A DNA stretch of 64,000 nt from Patescibacteria group bacterium (GTDB lineage: Bacteria; Patescibacteriota; Patescibacteriia; Patescibacteriales; UBA12465). The number at the start of each line of letters is the position of its first letter. The first letter of the stretch is position 1. A program made the translations under genes and the position numbers. Positions 36,505-46,562 of this stretch are shown piece after piece. The notes beneath the pieces were generated by a model. That model was given only the letters and a program-made list of their open reading frames with translations. It did not search any database and was not told the origin of the DNA. The stretch spans positions 15,750 through 79,749 of the forward strand of contig JBMNOL010000001.1 of the NCBI GenBank assembly GCA_050943055.1. The letters run 5' to 3'.

Positions 36505-37086
36505 TTATAATTTACTATTTGAATTGTCAATGCCTGCTCTTTGGGCCTGTTCTTTTTTTATTAGGGCGTAAACTTCAGCAAAAACCTCAGCTTCATTTAA
36601 ATTAGTGGTATCAACAACATAATCAAAATTATCCGGATTATAAGCATCAATGCCAAAATATTTCTGATAACGAGTTTGATCACTGAGCTGACGGCGGCGG
36701 GTACTCGCCAAAACTTCTTCTAAGGTGGACATTTTATCATCTTCACCTTGGCGCTGAGCTAAAAGAATGCGCCGCGCCCCCTCAGTTTCCTCTACCTTTA
36801 GGAAAATTTTTAAAGAATGGGGAATAAAATACCAAGAAGTGCGCCCCTCAATGATAAAATTATCCTCGGTTTGACCAAGTTTCTTTTGATATTCATCAAC
36901 CTCCAAGTCGGTTGTCGGGTCTATTTCTCCTAACTTATTGTATTCAGCCAGGGTTAGCCCGCGCCGCGCCGCGGCTTCCCGTCTTAAGCCGCCCATATAA
37001 TAATGAGGCCAACCTAAAGCAGCAGCTAATTTTTCCGCTAAAACGCTTTTTCCTGAACCTTGATTACCGCTTAAAGAAATAATCAT
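36505..37086 (-). CDS. cmk: Cytidylate kinase, archaeal-type
   Basis: IISLSGNQGSGKS, MGGLRR..A, IIEGR, RYQKYFGID, VDTT. Confidence 0.8.
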   Translation of the reverse strand: MIISLSGNQGSGKSVLAEKLAAALGWPHYYMGGLRREAAARRGLTLAEYNKLGEIDPTTDLEVDEYQKKLGQTEDNFIIEGRTSWYFIPHSLKIFLKVEETEGARRILLAQRQGEDDKMSTLEEVLASTRRRQLSDQTRYQKYFGIDAYNPDNFDYVVDTTNLNEAEVFAEVYALIKKEQAQRAGIDNSNSKL

Positions 37087-37174
37087 GTTGTCTTTTACTT
37101 AATAAAAGTCTATTATATTATAAGCTAAGCCGGCTCTAGATGCAAAGAGATGGCCGGAATTTTCTTTTTTTATT

Positions 37175-40100
37175 ATGTATTTAGAAAAATTAGACATTCA
37201 AGGTTTTAAATCTTTTGCTAACAAAAACTCTCTAGTTTTTCCGGGAATTATTTCCGGTTCCAAGCGCGGTCTAACCTCTATTGTTGGCCCTAATGGGTCA
37301 GGAAAATCAAACATTGCTGATGCTGTCCGCTGGGTTTTGGGCGAACAAAGCCTAAAAACTTTGCGCGGTAAAAAAAGCGAGGATGTAATTTTTTCTGGCT
37401 CTGATAAAAAAAGCCAGCTTAGTTTTGCTGAAGTTTCGCTAATTTTAAATAATGAAGATCTTAAAACACGCCCAATTTTTGACAAAGAAATTGCTCCCCA
37501 AACCAAAGAAGAGGACACGCCTTTAAATTTTGATATTGTCCGAGAATTCCTAAAGTCTCCCAAAATTACTATTACCAGGCGCCTGTTTAGAAGTGGGGAG
37601 AGTGAATACTTAATTAACGGTAAGCGCGTTCGTCTGACTGACGTCCAAATGTTGCTAGCTAAAGCTAATGTTGGCCAAAAAACTTATAGCATTATTGGCC
37701 AAGGAATGGTCGAAAATTTTTTAAACACCAGTGCTAGTGAGCGAAAAGATTTTTTTGACGAAGCGACCGGAATTAAAGAGTTTCAAATTAAACGCGATTT
37801 GTCTATTAATAAACTGGAAGGAAGTTACGAAAATTTACAGCAAGTAGAGATGCTTTTAACAGAAATTAGACCGCGATTAAAAAGCCTAACTCGCCAAGTT
37901 GATAAATTAAAACGTCGCGATGAGCTGGAAAGCGAATTAAAAACCCATCAATTAAATTATTACGGTTATCTCTATAAAGAGGCGGAACAAAAACTTAAAG
38001 AAGCAAATACTAATTACTTAAAATTGGAAAAAGAGCGCTTTGATGAGAATGACCGCCTGATAGAACTTGAAAAAACCATCGAACAAATGCGCGCCAGCAC
38101 TGATCGCCAAAAACTTAACACCTGGCAACTTGAATTAGCTAGCTACCAAAAAGAAAAGGACCAAGCCTGGCGCGAATTGACTAAACTCCAAGCTGAGCTT
38201 GAACACCAATTAGATGCTCAAGGTCAATATGATATTTCTTGGCTAAAAACTAAAGACCAAGATTTAGTCAGCGCTATTAGTGCCGCCCAAGAAGAGTTGC
38301 GATCTTTACCCTTAAGCTCAACAACTGAAGCTTTGGTGGCCAGCCAAGAAGAATTAGTTTTAGTAAATAAAGAGCTCGCCGCGGCCAAAGAAGCCCTCAA
38401 CGCCGTTAAAAAACAAGAAGCAGAAAAAAGCCGCTGTTTACAAGAAATTGCCCGCCTGGATGCCGTTTTACAGGTCAGCCGAGAATTTCTAAATTTTGAC
38501 CCGAAACTTAAAGCCGAAGAAAAAAAGACTCTTACAAAAAGAGTTTCTGATTGCGACGCTTTACTTAAAGAGGCAGAGGCCGAAGTAGCGCGCCTAAAAG
38601 ATGAAGAGAGAAGGGCAACTGAAAAAATTAACTCCTTAAACAATTCCCTCAACGAAACGCGCGCCGAAGTGGAGCGTCTAAAAAATAAATTAAAACAAAG
38701 CGAATTAAAAAGCGGTAAATCAGTAATTAGTGCTGCTGTGGATCGCTTTCTTGAGGAATTGGCGCAACTGGAAGAAGAGACCGACAGTAAACGTCTTAAG
38801 TCTAGACTGAAAGAGAGTCAAAAAAAGTTTGCCGCCGAGATTAAAGAAATTTTAGATTACGGCGCGGAAGCGGAAACTGAACAATTAAAAGATTTACAAG
38901 AACGCTTAATTGCCTTGGGACAAGAAAAACAACTAGCGAGTGATTCCTTAATGGATTGTCGCCTTAAGGTTGCGGCCGCCGAAGAAAAATGGCGCTTAGC
39001 GGTTTCCGCCCACAAGGACGCGGAACGGGATTTAAAAAATAATCAAGAAGAAATAACGAGAGCCCGAGAAGCGCAAGGCGAAGCTAGTTCGGCGCAAGAA
39101 AAAAAAGATTTACTGATAAAAGAAGTAGAAACTTTAGAGCAAAAGATTAAAGCTGTTTACGAGGCTAATAAGTACCAAACCTTGGAGGAGAGTCGGCGTG
39201 AAGCGGAGAAGCGCTTAAACGCTAAGCACTTGGAATTAAATTCTTTAAATGAAAAAAAACGCTTAATAACTACCCGCCTAGAAAGTCTGACCCGAGAACA
39301 AACAGAAATTCAGAATAAGATTAAGCGTAGCGAAATAAAATTTGATGCTGCCGAACTAGAGAAAAAAATTGCCAGTGTTCAGTCCGAAATTAACCGGAGT
39401 CAAGAAAAAATTACTGCCGTTCAAGAAAAAATAAAGGTTTATTCAGACGCTAAAGAGGCGGAAACGGCGCAGCTTTTTAAACTCCAACGCCAAGCTGATG
39501 AAAAGCGTCGCCTCATTAATCGCCTAGCGACAGAACTAAATGATTGGCGTGTCGTTGCCGCTAAAGAAGAGACTCGACTGGAAAACCTGGAAAGCAATAT
39601 TCGCGACGCGGATTTGGATCTACTGCTTATTAAAAAACATGTTTTAGAAACTGAAGAAATTGAATTAGAGCGCTGGCGCGAAAGAATAAACCAACTCCAA
39701 AATCAATTAGAATTAATTGGTGGAATTGACCCAGAAACTGAAACTGAATTTAATCAAACCAAAGAGCGCTTTGATTTTTTAAGCGCGCAGACAGCCGATT
39801 TAAATCAAGCGATTGTTTCTTTAGAAAAAATTATTACCGAATTAGACACCAATATCAAAGAACGCTTTGACCAGGAGTTCGCAATAATTTCTGAGAAATT
39901 TAGTGAATATTTTAAAATTTTATTTAATGGTGGTGAAGCTAAGATATTTAAATTGTCAGAACCAGAAACCTCGGAAACTGAAGAGGAAAACTCTAGCCAA
40001 AGCCTTAGCGAACGAAATCTCCGTAAAGTTAAACGCTTAAAAAGAAATAACTCTTTAGGTTTATCAGGAATTGAAGTTCAAGCCACGCCGCCCGGGAAAA

Positions 40101-40414
40101 AAATTAAAACCGTTTCCATGCTTTCCGGCGGCGAGCGCGCCTTAACGGCAATTGCTTTAATTTGCGCTATTATTAGTGCTAATCCTTCACCATTTGTGAT
40201 TTTAGATGAAGTTGATGCCGCCCTAGATGAAGCTAATTCGGAGCGCTTAGCTCAAATCTTAGACGATCTCTCCAATCAAACCCAATTTATTGTTATTACC
40301 CACAACCGCGCCTCAATGAAACGCTCCCAAATTTTATACGGCGTCACTATGCAAGCTGATGGCGTCAGCCAACTCCTTAGTATTAAGTTAGAAGACGCCC
40401 CACTTCCTCAGTAA
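37175..40414 (+). CDS. smc: Chromosome segregation protein SMC (no obvious hinge motif)
   Basis: GFKSFA, GPNGSGKSN, LSGGE, LDEVDAALD, ITH; long coiled coil. Confidence 0.9.
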   Translation: MYLEKLDIQGFKSFANKNSLVFPGIISGSKRGLTSIVGPNGSGKSNIADAVRWVLGEQSLKTLRGKKSEDVIFSGSDKKSQLSFAEVSLILNNEDLKTRPIFDKEIAPQTKEEDTPLNFDIVREFLKSPKITITRRLFRSGESEYLINGKRVRLTDVQMLLAKANVGQKTYSIIGQGMVENFLNTSASERKDFFDEATGIKEFQIKRDLSINKLEGSYENLQQVEMLLTEIRPRLKSLTRQVDKLKRRDELESELKTHQLNYYGYLYKEAEQKLKEANTNYLKLEKERFDENDRLIELEKTIEQMRASTDRQKLNTWQLELASYQKEKDQAWRELTKLQAELEHQLDAQGQYDISWLKTKDQDLVSAISAAQEELRSLPLSSTTEALVASQEELVLVNKELAAAKEALNAVKKQEAEKSRCLQEIARLDAVLQVSREFLNFDPKLKAEEKKTLTKRVSDCDALLKEAEAEVARLKDEERRATEKINSLNNSLNETRAEVERLKNKLKQSELKSGKSVISAAVDRFLEELAQLEEETDSKRLKSRLKESQKKFAAEIKEILDYGAEAETEQLKDLQERLIALGQEKQLASDSLMDCRLKVAAAEEKWRLAVSAHKDAERDLKNNQEEITRAREAQGEASSAQEKKDLLIKEVETLEQKIKAVYEANKYQTLEESRREAEKRLNAKHLELNSLNEKKRLITTRLESLTREQTEIQNKIKRSEIKFDAAELEKKIASVQSEINRSQEKITAVQEKIKVYSDAKEAETAQLFKLQRQADEKRRLINRLATELNDWRVVAAKEETRLENLESNIRDADLDLLLIKKHVLETEEIELERWRERINQLQNQLELIGGIDPETETEFNQTKERFDFLSAQTADLNQAIVSLEKIITELDTNIKERFDQEFAIISEKFSEYFKILFNGGEAKIFKLSEPETSETEEENSSQSLSERNLRKVKRLKRNNSLGLSGIEVQATPPGKKIKTVSMLSGGERALTAIALICAIISANPSPFVILDEVDAALDEANSERLAQILDDLSNQTQFIVITHNRASMKRSQILYGVTMQADGVSQLLSIKLEDAPLPQ

Positions 40415-40526
40415 TAAAAAAATAATCCTATTTTAAAAGAGCGCTACTAGTAGCGCTCTTTTTAGTTTTAGCATTTTTTTGTTATAATAATTATGTTTAA
40501 GAGATTACTAATCGCGCTTTGATTTT

Positions 40527-41897
40527 ATGTTAAAAAAACCTCTTTTGCTCGCATCTTTATTAATTTTTTTTGTAGGAGCTGGTTTCGGCTGTCAAACAAA
40601 AATAGACGAAGCCACTTTAAAAGCTTCAGAGCCAATCAAAATTGTTTTTTGGCAAGCTTTTGATGATTCGGATGCTTTTTCAGAAGCAATCAAAAAGTAC
40701 CAAGAGCTACACCCCAACGTTACCATTGAATATAAAAAATTCCGTTACGAAGAGTATGAAAATCAGCTTTTAAACGCTTGGGCTGAGGACCGGGGGCCGG
40801 ATATTTTTGCCATCCATAATACTTGGGTCAAAAAATACCAACCAAAAATTACCCCCTTACCAGAATACACTTCAATTGCTTTTTTCGTAGAAAGTACGGG
40901 TTTTAAAAAAGAACTGGTTCCCGAATTAAGAAGTATTAGAAGTTTAAGCACTAGAGAACTTAAAAATAATTTTGCCGATGTTGTGGCTACAGACGCTATT
41001 TTAGAAGATGGCTTAATTTATGGCTTACCTTTATCGGTAGACACCTTAGCTCTTTATTACAATCGCGATCTACTAAATAGTGCTGGAATCGTGGAGCCGC
41101 CCCGTTACTGGAACCGAGAATTCCAGCAAGCCGTTAAAAAGATGACTAAACAGGATCCTAAAAAAGGTTTAGTCCAATCAGGAATTGCTTTAGGAACGGC
41201 GAATAATATTAATCGGGCCAGCGACATTTTGGCGGTCTTAATGCTACAAAATGGCGCCACTATAATTGATAACAATCGAGTCGTCTTTAACCAGGTCCCC
41301 CCTTATATTACTAGCGGCTACAACCCCGGACTAGAAGCCCTTCGTTTTTATACCGACTTTGCCAACCCCAACAAAGAAGTTTATTCCTGGAATGCTGACC
41401 AAGAGAATGCTTTAGATGCCTTCACTAGTGGCAATCTGGCGATGATGCTGGGCTATTCTTTTAACTTGGAGCAAATTCGCTCGCAAGCGCCAAAATTAAA
41501 CTTCGGCGTCGCCAAACTGCCGCAAATAGAGGGTAATCAGCTCCAAATAAATATGGCTAATTATTGGCTCTTAACCGTTTCTAAAAAAAGTGAACATAGT
41601 GATGTGGCCTGGGATTTTATCCAGTTTTTAACTAAAAAAGAAAACGCCGATGTTTACTTAGAAAAAACTGGTAAACCGACTGCTTTAAAAGCTAGTATTA
41701 ATGACCAGAAAAATGATGAATATCTTGGTCCTTTTGCGGAACAAGTCTTAAGCGCTAAAAGTTGGTATCGTGGCCTTAGTGCTCAGGATGCCGAAGCGGC
41801 CATGGGGGAAATGATTAAAAACGCCTTAAATCCTAATTTTAAGATAATAGACGTTTTAAATGATGGGGCGATTAAAGTTCAACAAACAATCCGCTAA
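40527..41897 (+). CDS. Extracellular solute-binding lipoprotein (sugar-binding family 1)
   Basis: Lipobox GAGFG-C; PDIF, YGLPLSVDTLALYYNRDLL, AWDFIQFL. Confidence 0.88.
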   Translation: MLKKPLLLASLLIFFVGAGFGCQTKIDEATLKASEPIKIVFWQAFDDSDAFSEAIKKYQELHPNVTIEYKKFRYEEYENQLLNAWAEDRGPDIFAIHNTWVKKYQPKITPLPEYTSIAFFVESTGFKKELVPELRSIRSLSTRELKNNFADVVATDAILEDGLIYGLPLSVDTLALYYNRDLLNSAGIVEPPRYWNREFQQAVKKMTKQDPKKGLVQSGIALGTANNINRASDILAVLMLQNGATIIDNNRVVFNQVPPYITSGYNPGLEALRFYTDFANPNKEVYSWNADQENALDAFTSGNLAMMLGYSFNLEQIRSQAPKLNFGVAKLPQIEGNQLQINMANYWLLTVSKKSEHSDVAWDFIQFLTKKENADVYLEKTGKPTALKASINDQKNDEYLGPFAEQVLSAKSWYRGLSAQDAEAAMGEMIKNALNPNFKIIDVLNDGAIKVQQTIR

Positions 41898-41901
41898 TTA
41901 T

Positions 41902-42300
41902 ATGAAGTTAAAAAAAATTATTCCCCCTCTTCTTTTTCTTGGTTTTATAATCGTCGGGCCAGGGCTTACTCACGCCCAAAGCTTGGTTGATACCACCGAT
42001 CCGGCTTATGCTACCGGAGGTTACACCCTAGATCATATTCGCAATTATTTAATTTATTTAATGTATTTTATTTTAGGTCTCGTAGGCACCCTCTCCTTAG
42101 CAGCTTTTGTTTATGGTGGTATTGTTTTTTTAACTTCGGCCGGCTCCGATCAGAAAGTAAAAAAAGGGAAAGACATTTTAGGAGCAGCGGTAATTGGTTT
42201 ACTAATTGTCTTTTCCAGTGTTTTAATTATTCAAACCCTATTTAATGGCTTAGGAATTAAATGGGACGCCACCAAAGGAACTCTTCCTGATATAAAATAA
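41902..42300 (+). CDS. TrbC/VirB2-like (T4SS) pilin (start reassigned to ATG 41902)
   Basis: Signal peptide; YGGIVFLTSAG....KKGK.IL.AA.IGL.I motif. Confidence 0.75.
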   Translation: MKLKKIIPPLLFLGFIIVGPGLTHAQSLVDTTDPAYATGGYTLDHIRNYLIYLMYFILGLVGTLSLAAFVYGGIVFLTSAGSDQKVKKGKDILGAAVIGLLIVFSSVLIIQTLFNGLGIKWDATKGTLPDIK

Positions 42301-42306
42301 AGGGTT

Positions 42307-42969
42307 ATGGCTGAATTTACCAGAAAATCCTTAAACAATAAAAGCAGTCTAGGGACGCGCTTAAGAGAGACTCGCGAATTAAAGCAAGTAGATGTCGCTC
42401 TGGCCGCCAAAAAATTAGGCATCCGTTTAGAATATTTATTAGCCTTAGAGGAAGATCGCTTTGACCGCTTGCCGGCCGGTTTATATGGCCGCAATTATGT
42501 AAAAAAATATGGCCGCTGGTTGGGTTTTCCCAGCTCCGAAATTAATAAATGGTTGATTGAACAGGAAAAAAATGCCGGCCCGGGAGTTGATCCATTTTCT
42601 CAAAAAATTGTCGCTAAAAAAGAGTTTGCCAATTTTCCTAAACTAATCCGCAACCTTGTTCTAATTTTAATTCTTTTAGCTTTTCTGGGATACTTAGCTT
42701 TTTATCTAACCAGAATTGTTTCCGCCCCGGAATTAGTAATCTTTGAACCAGCCAATAATTTAAAAACTACCAGCACTGTTTGGGAAATTAGCGGACACAG
42801 TGAACCGGAAGCGGAAATTAGAATTAATGGCGAGGAAGTATTAAGCATGAAAAATGGCGATTTTTCTTTAGTGGTTAATTTAAAAAAGGGGCTGAACAAT
42901 ATCACTGTTAGCGCCAAAAAAAAGCATAGCAGCGAAGCTGTGGTTGAACGCCAAATTTTAGTAGAATAA
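42307..42969 (+). CDS. RodZ-like HTH membrane protein with C-terminal Ig-like domain
   Basis: LGTRLRETRE, YLLALEE....LP...Y...YVKKY, one TM, L.KG.N.I. Confidence 0.8.
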   Translation: MAEFTRKSLNNKSSLGTRLRETRELKQVDVALAAKKLGIRLEYLLALEEDRFDRLPAGLYGRNYVKKYGRWLGFPSSEINKWLIEQEKNAGPGVDPFSQKIVAKKEFANFPKLIRNLVLILILLAFLGYLAFYLTRIVSAPELVIFEPANNLKTTSTVWEISGHSEPEAEIRINGEEVLSMKNGDFSLVVNLKKGLNNITVSAKKKHSSEAVVERQILVE

Positions 42970-42985
42970 ATTAAATACTACTTAT

Positions 42986-43537
42986 ATGAGCGAACTTTCT
43001 TTTAGAAAAACTTTAGACATGGATTTGATTTTTGAAAAAATGCCAATTCAGGAGGGGCAAGTAGTCGCCGAATTAGGCTGCGGTCATTTAGGTCATTTTG
43101 TTTTCCCTCTCGCTAACCGAGTTGGCAGCACTGGTACTCTTTATGCTGTCGACATTATTCCGGAAATTTTAGATGATATTAAAAAACGCGCTCACCTGGA
43201 GAATCTACCACAAATAAAAACCATCTGGACTAACTTGGAAGTATTTAAAGGCGCCGCTATTAAATCTGGAACTGTGGAAACTGCTTTTTTAATTAATGTT
43301 TTACATCAATCCGAAAAAAAGCTGGACATTCTCCGCGAAACTGCTAGGCTACTAAAAGTAGGTGGCCACTTAGTTTTAGTTGATTGGAAGCTAGACGCCC
43401 CCAGTTTTGGCCCCCCACCTGAAAATCGCCTGGCTCCAGCCAATCTCCCCGATTTAGCCGCTAAAAGCGGTTTAGCGATCAAAGAGCAATTTGCCGCCGG
43501 TGATTATTATTATGCCTTTATTTTAAAAAAACTTTAA
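42986..43537 (+). CDS. Class I SAM-dependent methyltransferase
   Basis: VAELGCG..G, YAVDI, RLLK.GG.L..VDW. Confidence 0.85.
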   Translation: MSELSFRKTLDMDLIFEKMPIQEGQVVAELGCGHLGHFVFPLANRVGSTGTLYAVDIIPEILDDIKKRAHLENLPQIKTIWTNLEVFKGAAIKSGTVETAFLINVLHQSEKKLDILRETARLLKVGGHLVLVDWKLDAPSFGPPPENRLAPANLPDLAAKSGLAIKEQFAAGDYYYAFILKKL

Positions 43538-43543
43538 TTTTTT

Positions 43544-43930
43544 ATGTGGTCAGAATTACTCTCTCTTTCTTTTTGGTTTAATCTACGTCCCGGCAGCTTT
43601 TCCGATGTCGAGCGCTATTCTTTATTAGGCTTTATCGGCTTACTCTTAATTGTTTCAGTCATTTCCTTTATTATTAAAAAACGCGCGGGCAAAAATCGTT
43701 TTACCGCTCGCCTTTTTTATGATTTTAGCTTTACCAATGCCTTAATCGGTCTCATTCTGCTTTTCTTTAACTATGAAATAATCCCTTTTTTATCGGCTCA
43801 TTTTTGGTACTTACTGTGGCTGATAGCGATGATTTGGTGGCTTATTTCAATTATTAAAAAAATTAAGGCGGTTTCCAAGAAGCGCTCCCAGGAGCCCAAT
43901 GGTCCAGATTTAAAAAAATATCTGCCTTAA
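43544..43930 (+). CDS. Hypothetical 3-TM membrane protein ending in KKYLP
   Basis: Hydrophobic segments; compact operon context. Confidence 0.7.
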   Translation: MWSELLSLSFWFNLRPGSFSDVERYSLLGFIGLLLIVSVISFIIKKRAGKNRFTARLFYDFSFTNALIGLILLFFNYEIIPFLSAHFWYLLWLIAMIWWLISIIKKIKAVSKKRSQEPNGPDLKKYLP

Positions 43931-43985
43931 AATAAGATCTTAACAACTTGAATTTATTAAAACCCCTCATAAAAAAGGGGTTTTT

Positions 43986-44336
43986 ATGACTAATAAAAAA
44001 ATTTTAGGTAACTGGGGCGAGGATCAGGCTTTAAAATATTTACTAAAACACGACTATCGACTTGTGGCCCGTAATTGGCGCTGCCAAAGACAAGAACTTG
44101 ATTTATTAGTAGCTACCCCCCAGCTACTGGTGGCTATTGAAGTTAAAACGAGGCGTTCTCCTTTAGCCGCCGATCAACCCCTTTTAAGCCTGGGGCAAAT
44201 TACAAGACTGCGCCGAGCCTTAAAATCTTTTTGTTTTTTGCATCATTACCCCTACCAAAAGACCCGTCTTGATCTAATCACAGTTATTGCCAACTCCAAA
44301 CAATCTTTTACTTTAAATCACTACCAAGACTTGTAA
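43986..44336 (+). CDS. YraN (UPF0102) family PD-(D/E)xK nuclease-like protein
   Basis: G.WGE..A..YL, RNWR...ELDL, IEVKTR, RLDLI. Confidence 0.88.
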   Translation: MTNKKILGNWGEDQALKYLLKHDYRLVARNWRCQRQELDLLVATPQLLVAIEVKTRRSPLAADQPLLSLGQITRLRRALKSFCFLHHYPYQKTRLDLITVIANSKQSFTLNHYQDL

Positions 44337-44343
44337 TTTTTTG

Positions 44344-44405
44344 TTGTCTTGAAGTCTGGTTTATGCTAAAATCTTAGCATAATATATAAAACTAGAAAGG
44401 TGGTG
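44344..44405 (+). promoter_or_regulatory. Pilin-array promoter with palindromic operator and strong SD
   Basis: TTGTCT-17-TAAAAT; TTATGCTAA-AATC-TTAGCATAA (44361-82); AAAGGTGGTGA before ATG 44410. Confidence 0.55.
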
Positions 44406-44409
44406 AATT

Positions 44410-44793
44410 ATGAAAAAATTGACAAAACACTTATTGTCTTTGGTGTTACTGCTCTCATTGGTAGCGATCCCAATGACAACCTTGGCGAGTGGCGGATTAA
44501 ATGTAAACGATCTCGGCGTTGATGAAATTGATAACACCTTAGATTTAGGGAGACGCAGCCCAATTGAAACTGTAACTAGATTAATTAACTCAGCTATGAT
44601 CTTCTTAGGCATCATTGCTGTCGGGATTATCTTGGTTGCTGGCTTTAAGTGGATGACAGCTGGAGGTAGTGAGGATAAGGTTAGCGAAGCTCAAAAGTTA
44701 ATGTCCTCTGGTGTTGTTGGCTTAATCATCATCTTAGCCGCTTGGGGTATTGCCTACTTCATTTTGGAAATGGCAGTTGATGTTACCCAATAA
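44410..44793 (+). CDS. VirB2/TrbC-like pilin 1 (probable major subunit)
   Basis: Signal peptide; AGFKWMTAGG.EDKV.EA.....GVVGL.II. Confidence 0.82.
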   Translation: MKKLTKHLLSLVLLLSLVAIPMTTLASGGLNVNDLGVDEIDNTLDLGRRSPIETVTRLINSAMIFLGIIAVGIILVAGFKWMTAGGSEDKVSEAQKLMSSGVVGLIIILAAWGIAYFILEMAVDVTQ

Positions 44794-44898
44794 AAAAATT
44801 TTCAGAAATCGATTCTTGAAAAACGGTCCCTCATTTTTTTATGGGGGGTACCGCCGCGAGCCGGAAATAGTTGCGACTCGCAGCCGTAATTAGTTTTT

Positions 44899-45318
44899 AT
44901 GAAAACTTTTCGCATTTTTTTGCTACTTGCTATTTTCTCTTTTGTTGGCCTGTTTTTACCGGCGACTTCTGGAGCGACCAATAAAGGGATAGAAAAAACC
45001 TTAGAGGGTTTAAATGAGACTGTTAAGGGAGAAGGGGCGGATGGTGGAATTGGTGCCTATAAATCGCAAGTAGATGAAGATCCTCAGAATATTTTAACGA
45101 AACAAGTCACTGATATTATCTCCTTGATTCTTTCTTTTCTTGGGGTTATTTTCTTAGTCATTACTATTTATGCCGGTTTTCTCTGGATGACGGCCAACGG
45201 CAATGACACTCAAATTAAGAAAGCTAAAGATTTATTAATGAATGCTATTGTTGGTCTAGTTATTATTACCGCCGCCTACTCACTAACCGCCTTTGTCGGC
45301 AATCAGCTAACTCGTTAA
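44899..45318 (+). CDS. VirB2/TrbC-like pilin 2
   Basis: YAGFLWMTANGND.QIKKAK.L..AIVGL. Confidence 0.82.
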   Translation: MKTFRIFLLLAIFSFVGLFLPATSGATNKGIEKTLEGLNETVKGEGADGGIGAYKSQVDEDPQNILTKQVTDIISLILSFLGVIFLVITIYAGFLWMTANGNDTQIKKAKDLLMNAIVGLVIITAAYSLTAFVGNQLTR

Positions 45319-45319
45319 C

Positions 45320-45736
45320 ATGAAGCGCTTTATCACCACCATTCTTATTGTCAGTTCTTTATTTTTTGGCTTAAGCACCCAAGCTTCTTATAATTTTATC
45401 AGTGATAGTGGCCTAAAAAAAACTGGCGAAAATTTAGGCTATCAAACCGACCAAAACACCGACACTTTTATTGAGTCTTACATTGGTCAAATACTTACCC
45501 TTGTTTTTTCGATTTTAGGCTTAATTTTCTTTGTCTTAATTATCTATGCCGGCTTTTTGTGGATGACCGCCCAAGGTAACGATAGTAAGGTCAGTGAAGC
45601 AAAAAAGATTTTGACTAATGCGATTATTGGTTTGGTTATTGTTCTCGCCTCCTACGCTATCAGTTATTTCGTCTTTAGCGCCTTAACCCCAGCGGTGGAA
45701 ACAGCCACCGAAACGACAGCAGTGGTTGGAGAATAA
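45320..45736 (+). CDS. VirB2/TrbC-like pilin 3
   Basis: YAGFLWMTAQGNDSKVSEAK.IL.NAIIGL. Confidence 0.82.
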   Translation: MKRFITTILIVSSLFFGLSTQASYNFISDSGLKKTGENLGYQTDQNTDTFIESYIGQILTLVFSILGLIFFVLIIYAGFLWMTAQGNDSKVSEAKKILTNAIIGLVIVLASYAISYFVFSALTPAVETATETTAVVGE

Positions 45737-45743
45737 TTATTAT

Positions 45744-46148
45744 ATGCTTAAGAATCAAAAAATTTTCACCCTTTCTCTGGCTTTGCCCCTTTTACTGAAT
45801 AGTCTTTTATTTTTAGCCCCGGCCAGCGCGACTACCACCACTACTGGCGTCAAGGGCGCTTTTTCTTCCGAAGGAAAATTAGGAGACTTTGCTAAAGATG
45901 TTGGTTATAATCAAGAACCACAAACCCCCGAATACTATGTCGGTTTGGTTATCAATATTATCTTCTCACTTTTGGGAGTTATTGCTATCACCTTAATAAT
46001 CTTTAATGGTTTTAAGTGGATGACGGCGGGCGGTAATGATAATAAAGTTAAGGAAGCCCGGGGGGGATTAACTAGCTCAATTCTCGGATTACTAATTATT
46101 TTGGCTAGTTATGCTATCACCTTTTTTGTCTTTAATATTTTTACTTAA
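45744..46148 (+). CDS. VirB2/TrbC-like pilin 4 (start reassigned to ATG 45744)
   Basis: GFKWMTAGGNDNKVKEAR...SILGL. Confidence 0.8.
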   Translation: MLKNQKIFTLSLALPLLLNSLLFLAPASATTTTTGVKGAFSSEGKLGDFAKDVGYNQEPQTPEYYVGLVINIIFSLLGVIAITLIIFNGFKWMTAGGNDNKVKEARGGLTSSILGLLIILASYAITFFVFNIFT

Positions 46149-46157
46149 AAACTGTTT

Positions 46158-46562
46158 ATGAAAAAAATTCCTTCTTGGTTAATAGTTATTTTTTTAACCA
46201 CCATCCTGATTATCCCGGGTTTAGTTTTTGCCGGTAACAATATTATTAAAGACAGTGCCTCGCCCCTAGAACGCCTTAACAATGCGGCCACCAATTATGG
46301 CCCTTTTTCTCAAACTGCTACTGAAACCTCGGCGGCCTCCATTATCGGCTTAGTAATTAATGTTATCTTGGGAATACTAGGAGTTATTTTCCTCGTTCTA
46401 ACTATTTTAGCGGGTATTCAATGGATGACGGCCGGCGGCAATGATGCCAAAGTAAAGGAAGCTCAAGGATCAATCACCAGAGCGGTTACAGGATTAGTCG
46501 TAGTTGTCTCTTCTTACGCTATCTGGCTTTTTATTCAAATGGCTTTTTTATCAAAAATATGA
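46158..46562 (+). CDS. VirB2/TrbC-like pilin 5
   Basis: AGIQWMTAGGNDAKVKEAQ..I..AV.GL. Confidence 0.82.
   Translation: MKKIPSWLIVIFLTTILIIPGLVFAGNNIIKDSASPLERLNNAATNYGPFSQTATETSAASIIGLVINVILGILGVIFLVLTILAGIQWMTAGGNDAKVKEAQGSITRAVTGLVVVVSSYAIWLFIQMAFLSKI

Noticed and set aside
44374-44400. GCATAATATATA resembling the left arm of a dif site
   Set aside because: The XerD arm (TTATGTTAAAT) is missing and the locus is near the origin, not the terminus
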